From: Nannocystis bainbridge
GTDB lineage: Bacteria > Myxococcota_A > Polyangia > Nannocystales > Nannocystaceae
Assembly (NCBI RefSeq): GCF_028368995.1
Contig: NZ_JAQNDL010000003.1
Location: 2,144,001 to 2,208,000, forward strand
Direction: 5' to 3'
Length of the DNA: 64,000 nt
Made by a program: the position numbers and the translations under genes. This document shows positions 57,501 to 64,000 of the stretch, in pieces. The notes beneath the pieces are model-generated. The model saw only the letters and a program-made list of their open reading frames with translations. It did not search any database and was not told where the DNA came from. How positions within the stretch are numbered: the stretch's first letter is position 1; each line of letters starts with the position of its first letter.

Positions 57501-60500
57501 ACCTGGACCTCGGACGACTGGGAAAACGGCTACGTCGCTGTCCCCTTCTATCACCCGTACGCCTGCCTCTTCATCGAGCGAGTGCGCCGGTTCGGCGTGG
57601 GTGGCCTCCTGGATCCGATCGTCGCTGCGCAGATCGGCAATGGCTCGTTGCTCTACCAGGCCATCGATCGTCCGTTGAAGGATGGTCACGACTACTTCGA
57701 CGGCGTCACGACTCTGGAGACGCCCCTGCCCACCGCGACCATCGACTTCTCGGACCGCGGCGCCTACAGCGTCTACAACTGGGAGATCTTCTTCCACATC
57801 CCGATGCTCGTCGCCGACCGCCTCATGGCCGAGCGTCGCTTCGCCGAAGCTCAGCGCTGGCTCGGCTTCGTCTTCAACCCGCTGCGCAAGCCCACGGCGC
57901 TCGAGGATGACAAGGTGCATTTCTGGGGCTTGAAGCCGTTCCGCGAGGCCTCGGAGAATCACTCCATCGATTGGCTGCTGCAGCTCCTCCACTACGAGGG
58001 TTCGGACCCCGATCTCAAGGCGAAGAAAGCGGACATGCTCGTCCAGATCGAGCGCTCGCGGACCAATCCGTTCCGTCCGCACGACCTCGCACGGTCCCGG
58101 CCGACCGCCTACATGCGCTCGGTGGTGATGAAGTACCTCGACAACCTCATCGCCTGGGGTGACGACCTGTTCCGCCAGGACACGCGCGAGAGCACCCAGG
58201 AAGCGGCGCAGCTCTACATCCTCGCCTTGCAGATCCTCGGCCGCCAGCCGCGGAAACTCGATGACGAAGATCGGTCCGACAAAAACTGGAGCGAGGCCCA
58301 GGAGTCGATCGACGACTTCTCGAACTTCCTGGTCGAGCTCGAGAACGAGATGACCGGCATCAGCGGGAAGGATTCCATGATCCCGCACGACATGATGGCT
58401 CAGGCCGATTATCAGGCCAACTACATCGATGATTACAAATTCGTCTACGTCAATTCTCCCGTCTCGCAGTCGATCGTGAGCGAACCGCCGACCTTCACGC
58501 CCTGCCAGCCGATGTCCTCGCTGAACGCGTTCGCAGCCGGCCCCGACGACGGTCCGACGAACACCCGGCTCTACTTCTGCATCCCCCCGAACGACAAGCT
58601 CCTCGGCTACTGGGACACCGTCGCCGACCGGCTGTTCAAGCTGCGCAACTGCCTCAACATCGACGGGATCCGCCGCGACCTCTCTCTCTACGACCCTCCG
58701 ATCGACCCGGCCCTGCTGGCCCGCGCGGTCGCCCAGGGCATCGATATCGGCACCGCGATCAGCAACCTCTACGCCCCGCTGCCTCATTACCGTTTCCTGC
58801 CCCACCTCTCGATCGCCAAGGACTTCGCCGCTCAGGTCAGCAACCTCGGCGCAGCCCTCTTGCAAGCGCTGGAGAAGCGCGATGCAGAGGCGCTGGCCAT
58901 CCTGCGCAGCACCCAGGAGGTCGACCTCCTCAAGCTCGTCCGTGGCGTCAAGGAGCAGGCCATCCGCGAGGCGGAGGAGAACCTGGAGGCCCTGCGGAGG
59001 AGCCGCGCCGTCGCGGCGCACCGCGAGCAGCACTACAGCTCGCGCCAGTACATGAACGGTTTGGAGACCCGGGAGGTCGCGCTCTCCCTCGAGGCCTCCA
59101 ACGACGAACAGGCGGCCGCCAAGCACCACCGCAGCGCGGCGAGGCTGGTCGCGCTGGTTCCGGGTGTGTCGGTGGGCTTCAGCGGCGCCTGGCCCACGGT
59201 CTCCTTCTCCAGCGGCGGCTCCGCCTTCGCCTGGCCGCAGCAGAAACAGGGCGACGACCGGGCCACGGACGCGCAGGCGAAGAGCCGCGAGGCCGCCCGC
59301 ACCGCTACCCAGGCGTCATACGTCCGGCGTAAAGAGGAGTGGGACTTCCAGGCTGCGCAGGCGGCTGCCGACATGCTGCAGATCGACGCCCAGATCACCG
59401 CCGCGGAGATCCGCAAGCAGATGGCCGAGCTCGAGCTGGGCAACCACATCAAGCAAGCCGAGCAGGCCGCCGAGACGCTGGAGTTCATGCGATCGAAGTT
59501 CTCCAACGCCGAGCTCTACTCCTGGATGAGCAGCGAGATCGGCAAGGTCTACCACCTCGCCTATCAGCTCGCGCTCGACCTCGCCCGCCGCGCCGAACGC
59601 TGCTACCGCTACGAGCTCGCGGTCCAGGCGGATACGCCCGAATTCGTCCAGTTCGGCCACTGGGATAACCGGCGCCAGGGCCTCTTGGCCGGTGAAAGGC
59701 TCGCCCACGACATTCGCCGCATGGAGGCCGCTTTCTACGAGCACAACGTCCGCGAGTACGAGCTCACCAAGCGGATCTCCCTGGCCAGCCTCGACCCCGT
59801 GGCCCTGATCGCTCTGAGGAAGACCGGCGCCTGCCACTTCAACCTCCCGTCGGTCATCTTCGACCTCGATCACGCGACTCATTACCTGCGCCGCATCAAA
59901 CTGGTCGGAGTCTCGATGCCGGCCGTCACTGGTCCTTACACCAACATCGGCGCCACGTTGACGTACGAGTCCGGTGAGATTCGCTACACCGCGGACGGCG
60001 TAATGGAAGCGGGGACCGGTGCATCACAGGCTGTCGCCATCAGCGTCAACCAGGAGGATACTGGTCTGTTCGAGCCGAACCTCCGCGACGAGCGATACCT
60101 GCCGTTCGAAGGGCGCGCGCTCGAGGACAGCAAGTGGCGCCTCGCTCTACCCGAGAAGCTGCGACAGTTCGACTACGAGACCATCTCGGATGTCATATTG
60201 ACGGTGCGCTACACGGCACGGGAGGGCGGCTCGACGACCTTCGACCTCGTGAATCCGGGGCTGCAGGGCGCCCTGGACAACTTGACGCGCGAGGAATCGA
60301 GCGGGAACCTCGCGGGGCAGGTCCAGATCTTCAGCGCCCGGGCGGAGTTCCCGGAGGCATGGCGAGCCTTCGTCGCCGACGGAGCCAACGGCGAAGCCAT
60401 CCTCGACCTCGATCTCGGGGAACAGCGCTTCCCTCACCCGCAGTCCCCCCTCGGCACGCGAACCATCCAGGGCGTCCTGCTCTTCGCGCGCTGGGCCTCC

Positions 60501-60770
60501 CACGAGGACATCGCGCCCGCTCCGGACTCCCCGATCTTCGAAGACTCCGTGCTCAAGGCCGGAAACACGCCGATCGGCGCTCCGTTCAGCTTCACCAACT
60601 TCCACGATGGAGAGCCCGGCGAGGGCGGCAAGCACAACTATCTCTGGCAGGCCGTCCCTAATCTCACACCGCCGCAAGCGCTCGGCGCCTGGAGCCTCAC
60701 GGTTCCGGGTTGGTCCGGGGGACATGCTCCCGAGGATCTCATCATCGTCGTCGCACACAAGGTGAGCTGA
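51510..60770 (+). CDS. Tc toxin complex subunit A (TcA/TcdA-like)
   Basis: CESVLGPAAYFLD...RPEL...LSCENSDTPLPTLDLINEVLE; TTRL...AVQLFVQRALMGL...RYRVWEANRKIFLYPENW; YNWEIFFHIP; YFCIPPNDKLLGYWDTVADRLFKLR; PHYRF; GLLAGERL; TcB-binding domain DERYLPFEG...FDYETISDVIL. Confidence 0.93.
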   Translation: MTNAIRGKVTSSGSGYSPLTNVRVEMALDVGLEFEPRPAVGRSSGDLPPGMAMTTSTGFFAIPLADETVETLLGDRRHREVLFRVYDDQGIVIGTQTVYVSRALVRGNQSVHLTANPTYTPVTGAPMFSVSGFVTQADGIPVIGASIKVYKRKLRGEDEVGTGTSGSDGRFMIRYPGTAGGHSDFGDFTIYVEANAIDAITSDFCNPPADLTVRLVPNNARYVGKSNYDRDYAILSDLLHSITFDELKPDDVRFMQCRTELDRSVVTTMARAHALSEKYPTLSPQVFVAFAHAGIPLSTTSVTGLSATEITQAITQAVADNVVPPTLTAQIPTIITELGDARVDRVVPEDGESSTPVGAILIAAGLPEGKPRDFARAYGAHTGTAELFWQELRVRDGFDDALVDKIQFALQVGSISGGHEPLITYLDGKRTAGDFSRAADLARLSEDEWVTVLGETVGSGPVHTPDGVPGDTTTAQRENYAAAMARMLADLYPSAHLATRLPAGSVTSDIPRFLSNNPDFSFDRTHVKSFLTDANEVPEPGPEFNALREDLLKVQRVFAMSPRYGRTETAVALLSEGVTSAAQIRSMGYAAFKAQFSASLDARTLDATYQKAEKIATTAVNSWLFTRPEMHFPPLAAVPTPRSSNPEIQAKLDSRDYCACPPCESVLGPAAYFLDIMQFLYRRTPSGPGIMFWLASHRPELLFVDLSCENSDTPLPTLDLINEVLESRAHGLLGVSGSPNNDRQTAWSADDLLVYPENIHLGVYAKLADPAKACFPLNLPFDLPHAEAKAYLQAMGTSRLEIQDALEWFQDLDAHQAYRVDERLNLAPGAGNIVRFATLHDEDLETLWGFALGDATWLTKINKVETFLERTGLTFDELKELLLTRDLAGNVEIWFDTPCSLKNAKFVDSANTENNGLTWIRLEMLQSFLRLKRSLGWTIPELDATTRALSLPFISSGMDGLSSFLRLRQRFPQLPLHELLSWFGPLDRISYGEGKPSYYDQVVRPRVLHPAFITLDGSTTLGAVKDELLAVLRVDEASLDVIYTATGLTDASDLDHANLSKLYRVASIAAAVGLSVPDLVTLTKYTPNLNAVPGAFAGTPSALVRELIEVALAVKASGFAVPELDWVLRHTNAHTFHSDDISVMRVLIGLIVALQQAESAHKQSLPPDHLPLLEQIEAMLVRPLPPEQIRDAMRFIRKETNPLPTDYQAVRRALLFFLPDSSSAAEEFDTSFEEAESVEARAELLVPELKAWLRRQVLERVVVQQLSVACSLDVAETDTLLRKFDAGSALTTFTSDVFFAKDSFDSDADAPLVQERTFPRIFLSRSAVWPAAEVYRGLLKVARISTRFRLGPDLLRWLLLQTDAQVDLPNLVSLKSALVGSALYDGYAGWNWLRRAVRLRDSLLADSSVLTDILTKCFATSGFDKALALETLALSAGWDLTLLQAFEASEAITQLELKRLDPIEGFAAAFRLSARLGVHPSTLRDWAKQPIDSDKAAAIRSAARAKFDGPAWTGVARPIRDRLRVQQRDALADFIVHKQSLKSREDLFGLLLMDVDMAPCNRTTRLLFTTAAVQLFVQRALMGLVENVILSDEDAAEWAWMKRYRVWEANRKIFLYPENWVLPELRDDKTHLFKQFEEALSQTEIDEAAVERAFVRYLEGLRDISHLQPSGMFHEVEAGVLERMHIFAHSHADPSKLFYRRRENNAYWTAWEELPFQVDHQGVLPMVLNRRLMLVWPHIDVRTKQKPEIDNNATTVPKTTELPEVSLHWVERMNDAWSGVFVSDDRVLLDVYRHDVNDFTVHRSDLRLFSEFIGRDVLIWATAPSLLTDKHLTARFTHMPCRQTFRSIGKWPSKKPKTRISVENADNRWSFQHVSVHPKTINSSHGLKLQGPNGGYRPPVLKCQDKLSTVLFPAQQAFQDVTRPFIFADEDVALYIDHFDPGHSDASPDAHLLKGGGPHGLIPYFGAAGVTTEYQPPPVDTDVIDELSGGDNIITKSTWTSDDWENGYVAVPFYHPYACLFIERVRRFGVGGLLDPIVAAQIGNGSLLYQAIDRPLKDGHDYFDGVTTLETPLPTATIDFSDRGAYSVYNWEIFFHIPMLVADRLMAERRFAEAQRWLGFVFNPLRKPTALEDDKVHFWGLKPFREASENHSIDWLLQLLHYEGSDPDLKAKKADMLVQIERSRTNPFRPHDLARSRPTAYMRSVVMKYLDNLIAWGDDLFRQDTRESTQEAAQLYILALQILGRQPRKLDDEDRSDKNWSEAQESIDDFSNFLVELENEMTGISGKDSMIPHDMMAQADYQANYIDDYKFVYVNSPVSQSIVSEPPTFTPCQPMSSLNAFAAGPDDGPTNTRLYFCIPPNDKLLGYWDTVADRLFKLRNCLNIDGIRRDLSLYDPPIDPALLARAVAQGIDIGTAISNLYAPLPHYRFLPHLSIAKDFAAQVSNLGAALLQALEKRDAEALAILRSTQEVDLLKLVRGVKEQAIREAEENLEALRRSRAVAAHREQHYSSRQYMNGLETREVALSLEASNDEQAAAKHHRSAARLVALVPGVSVGFSGAWPTVSFSSGGSAFAWPQQKQGDDRATDAQAKSREAARTATQASYVRRKEEWDFQAAQAAADMLQIDAQITAAEIRKQMAELELGNHIKQAEQAAETLEFMRSKFSNAELYSWMSSEIGKVYHLAYQLALDLARRAERCYRYELAVQADTPEFVQFGHWDNRRQGLLAGERLAHDIRRMEAAFYEHNVREYELTKRISLASLDPVALIALRKTGACHFNLPSVIFDLDHATHYLRRIKLVGVSMPAVTGPYTNIGATLTYESGEIRYTADGVMEAGTGASQAVAISVNQEDTGLFEPNLRDERYLPFEGRALEDSKWRLALPEKLRQFDYETISDVILTVRYTAREGGSTTFDLVNPGLQGALDNLTREESSGNLAGQVQIFSARAEFPEAWRAFVADGANGEAILDLDLGEQRFPHPQSPLGTRTIQGVLLFARWASHEDIAPAPDSPIFEDSVLKAGNTPIGAPFSFTNFHDGEPGEGGKHNYLWQAVPNLTPPQALGAWSLTVPGWSGGHAPEDLIIVVAHKVS

Positions 60771-60801
60771 TTCAATCCAGCGGGCGGGGGAGGGTGAAAT
60801 C

Positions 60802-63800
60802 ATGGCAATGAAGCGCGACAACGACACTTCGGGCGGCCGCATGACCAATCCATCGGCCACCCAGAAGAGCGGCAACCAACCGACCGAAAGCGCGGCCCGC
60901 CCGAGCGGCCACCGAGCGGGCCCAGGGCCCTCGCCCGCCGTCTCGAGCAAGCCTCAAGAAACCCGCGAGGCCAGCCCCGGCGCCGCTGCTTCCGCCGGCA
61001 CTGGCCAGCAAAACTCGCAATCACCCGCCCCCGCCGCCCCCAACCCCTCCGAGCTCGCCCCCTCGATCTCCCTCCCCAAGGGTGGCGGTGCTCTCAAGAA
61101 CATCGGCGACAAGTTCGAGGCCAACGCCTTCAGCGGCAGCGGCGGTATGAGCATTCCGATCGCCGTCTCGCCGGGCCGCGGCCTCGCCCCGACCCTCGCT
61201 CTCGGCTACAGCACCGGCGCCGGCAATGGCCCCTTCGGCATGGGCTGGCAGCTCTCCGTCGCCTCGATCTCCCGCAAGACCGACAAGGGCCTCCCGACCT
61301 ACGACGACGCCGCCGAGGCCGACACCTTCCTCATCTCCGACGCCGAGGACCTCGTCCCTCTGCTCGAAGAGGACGGCGGCGAGTGGACCCGCAAGGTCTT
61401 CACCCAGGAAGGCCACCGCGTCCACGCCTATCGTCCGCGCGTCGAGGCCGGCTTCGCCCGCATCGAGCGCTGGGTCCACCTCGGCACCGGCGACGTCCAC
61501 TGGCGCACCTGGTCGCGCGACAACGTGCGCAGCACCTACGGCAGCGCTCCGACCAGCCGAATCGCCGACCCCGCCGACCCTGCTCGCGTCTTCACCTGGC
61601 TCATCGACCAGACCAGCGACGACCGCGGCAACATCGTCCGCTTCGAATACAAGCAGGAGGACCTCGACGACGTCGACCTCGAGAGCCTCGAGGAGCACGA
61701 GCGCCTCGCCGTCACCCAGGCCCAGGCCCAGCGTTACCTCAAGCGCATCTATTACGGCAACGCTACCCCCTACGTCGCCGACGATTGGCACTTCGAGGTC
61801 CTCCTCGACTACGGCGAGCACGACCCCCACGGCACCGAGACCGGCACCTGGCCGGCGCGCCCCGACACCTTCTCCAACTTCCGCGCCTGCTTCGACGTCC
61901 GCACCCGGCGGCTGTGCCGGCGGATCCTCATGCTCCACCACTTCGAGGAGTTGCCCGTCGATCCGTACCTCGTCGCCGCCACCGAGCTCACCTATTCCGA
62001 GAACCCGACCGCCACCCTCCTGACCGCCGCCAGGCACCGGGGCTATGTCTATTCCAGCGGCGCGTATTCCAACAAGACCTACCCCCCCGTCGAGTTCACC
62101 TACAGCACCGCCCAGATCGATCCGACCCTCCGCCTCGTCGACAACGACACATTAAAAGATGTCCCCGGCGCGCTGGGTGGTCGCTTCGAACTCGTCGACC
62201 TCGACGGCGAGGGCTTGCCCGGCCTCCTCACCGAGCAGGCCGGTCACTGGTATTACAAGCGCAACGAAGGCAACGGCACCTTCGGCCCCCTGCGCAGCCT
62301 CCCGAGCCTCCCGAGCAACGCCCGCCTCGGCAGCCAGCGCCTCCTCGACCTCGACGGCGACGGCGCCCTCAGCCTCGCCAGCTTCTCCGGCCCCGCGCCC
62401 GGCTTCTACGAGCGCCCGCTGCCGACCTGCGGCGCCGCTGCCGAGGACTGGCGACCGTTCCGCAGCTTCCGCGCCGTCCCCAACATCGACCTCAACGCTC
62501 CCAACGTCCAGCTCCTCGACATCAACGGAGATGGTCTCGCCGACATCCTCGTCTGCGAGGACAACCGCTTCATCTGGTACCCCTCCGAAGGTCACGACGG
62601 TTACGGCGAGCCCCGCGTCCTCTCGCGTCCCCGCGACGAGCGCGTCGGCCCCCAGCTGATCTGGACCGACCCGCAGCAGGCCATCTATTTCACCGACATG
62701 ACCGGTGACGGCCTCGCCGACATCGTCCGCGTCCGCAACGGCTCCGTCGTCTACTGGCCCAACCTCGGCTACGGCCGCTTCGGCCGCCAGATCGGCATGC
62801 GCGGCGCCCCCGTGTTCGACCGCCCCGACCGCTTCCGCGCCGATCGCCTGCGGATCGGCGACATCGACGGCAGCGGCACCACCGACCTCGTCTACGTCCG
62901 CCAGGACGGCGCCCGCCTGTGGCACAACCAATCCGGCAACAGTTTTTCAAACGCCGTCCAGGTCGACATCCCGCCGGTCGACAGCCTCTCCTCCGTCCAG
63001 CTCGCCGACATCCTCGGAAAGGGCACCGCCGCCCTCGTCTGGTCGACCGACCTGCCGCATCGCCAGGGCACGCATATCGCCTTTGTCGACCTCATGTCGG
63101 CCGGCAAGCCCTACTTGATGCTTTCTTCAAAGAACAATATGGGCGCCGAGACCCGGGTCGAATATGCCCCATCGACCAGGTTCTATCTCGAGGATCGCGC
63201 CGCTGGCCGGCCCTGGAAGACCCGCCTCCCGTTCCCCACCCACGTCATCGAGCGCGTCGAGGTCCGCGATCACGTCACCGGCCACACCTTCGTCCAAAAG
63301 TATCGCTATCACCACGGCTACTTCGATGGCCCCGAGCGCGAGTTCCGTGGCTTCGGCATGGTCGAGACCGAGGACACCGAGTCCTGGGCCGACTACAACG
63401 CGCCCAAGCTGTTCCCCACCGGCCACCAGATCGTCGGCGAGGAATTGCACAGCCCGCCGGTCCTCACCAGGACCTGGTACCACACCGGCGCCTACCTCGG
63501 CGGCACCAGCCTCGCACACTGCTACAGCGACGAGTACTACAGCGACAAAACCCTCGAGAACCCGGCCGGGATCGCCATCGATCTGCACGAGACCCTGATC
63601 CCCGCCGGCCTCACCCCGGTCGAGAACCGCGAGGCCGTACGAGCCCTCCGTGGCCGTCCCCTGCGCGTCGAGGTCTACGGCCTCGACGGCAGCCCCGCCC
63701 AGGCCCACCCGTACAGCGTCGCCGAGAGCAACTTCGCCGTCCGCCTGCTGCAGCCCCGCGACGGCGACCAGCACGCCGTCTTCCTCGTCCACGACCGCGA

Positions 63801-64000
63801 GTCGCTCTCCTATCATTATGAGCGCGATCCATCCGAACCGCGGGTCTCGCACTCGGCCGTGCTCGAGGTCGACGATTTCGGCAACCCGGTCCGGTCGGTC
63901 AGCGTCGCCTACAAGAAGCCCGTCCTCCTCGGTTCTGAAGCCGAGCAGCTCGTCACCAGCGTCGTCCTCACCGAATCCGACCTCCTCAACGTCGACGACC
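60802..64000 (+). CDS. Tc toxin subunit B (SpvB/TcaC N-terminal domain, FG-GAP propeller, Mid domains); 3' end beyond the window, possibly a B-C/RHS fusion
   Basis: Read manually: ISLPKGGGALKNIGDKF, GNGPFGMGW, ISRKTDKGLP, RPDTFSNFRACFDVRTRRLCRR, DLDGEG and DINGDG repeats, NNMGAET, YHHGYFDGPEREFRGFG, RALRGRPLRVEVYGLDG. Start is 60802 or 60841. Confidence 0.93.
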   Translation, partial: MAMKRDNDTSGGRMTNPSATQKSGNQPTESAARPSGHRAGPGPSPAVSSKPQETREASPGAAASAGTGQQNSQSPAPAAPNPSELAPSISLPKGGGALKNIGDKFEANAFSGSGGMSIPIAVSPGRGLAPTLALGYSTGAGNGPFGMGWQLSVASISRKTDKGLPTYDDAAEADTFLISDAEDLVPLLEEDGGEWTRKVFTQEGHRVHAYRPRVEAGFARIERWVHLGTGDVHWRTWSRDNVRSTYGSAPTSRIADPADPARVFTWLIDQTSDDRGNIVRFEYKQEDLDDVDLESLEEHERLAVTQAQAQRYLKRIYYGNATPYVADDWHFEVLLDYGEHDPHGTETGTWPARPDTFSNFRACFDVRTRRLCRRILMLHHFEELPVDPYLVAATELTYSENPTATLLTAARHRGYVYSSGAYSNKTYPPVEFTYSTAQIDPTLRLVDNDTLKDVPGALGGRFELVDLDGEGLPGLLTEQAGHWYYKRNEGNGTFGPLRSLPSLPSNARLGSQRLLDLDGDGALSLASFSGPAPGFYERPLPTCGAAAEDWRPFRSFRAVPNIDLNAPNVQLLDINGDGLADILVCEDNRFIWYPSEGHDGYGEPRVLSRPRDERVGPQLIWTDPQQAIYFTDMTGDGLADIVRVRNGSVVYWPNLGYGRFGRQIGMRGAPVFDRPDRFRADRLRIGDIDGSGTTDLVYVRQDGARLWHNQSGNSFSNAVQVDIPPVDSLSSVQLADILGKGTAALVWSTDLPHRQGTHIAFVDLMSAGKPYLMLSSKNNMGAETRVEYAPSTRFYLEDRAAGRPWKTRLPFPTHVIERVEVRDHVTGHTFVQKYRYHHGYFDGPEREFRGFGMVETEDTESWADYNAPKLFPTGHQIVGEELHSPPVLTRTWYHTGAYLGGTSLAHCYSDEYYSDKTLENPAGIAIDLHETLIPAGLTPVENREAVRALRGRPLRVEVYGLDGSPAQAHPYSVAESNFAVRLLQPRDGDQHAVFLVHDRESLSYHYERDPSEPRVSHSAVLEVDDFGNPVRSVSVAYKKPVLLGSEAEQLVTSVVLTESDLLNVDD

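Overview
Very GC-rich bacterial DNA with a myxobacterial gene complement; Myxococcota, possibly Nannocystis-like, is an inference from gene content. Positions 1-50 kb are mostly chromosomal backbone: alaS (runs off the left edge), an RlmI/K-type methyltransferase, a degenerate pilB/pilC-like pair, a DUF4398/OmpA-TSP3/outer-membrane operon, ribF, dapA-dapB running into a small aryl-polyene-type FAS/PKS-II cassette with a flavin halogenase, a Ser/Thr kinase, suhB plus an HNH nuclease, hydrolases, a CglF-like protein, an FG-GAP lipoprotein, aroC, slyX, AraC/VOC and PAS-STAS genes. From about 51.5 kb to the right edge is a Tc (ABC) toxin locus with less extreme GC: a ~3,090-aa TcA and a TcB that runs off the window. 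The most striking unexplained signal is a 14-bp palindrome, TGTCC-N4-GGACA, with at least 17 perfect and many degenerate copies found by eye. It occurs as single sites, as head-to-tail arrays with a 14-bp period between genes, and written into coding sequences (alaS, aroC, FG-GAP gene and others) through atypical codons. I found no perfect copy in the toxin genes.
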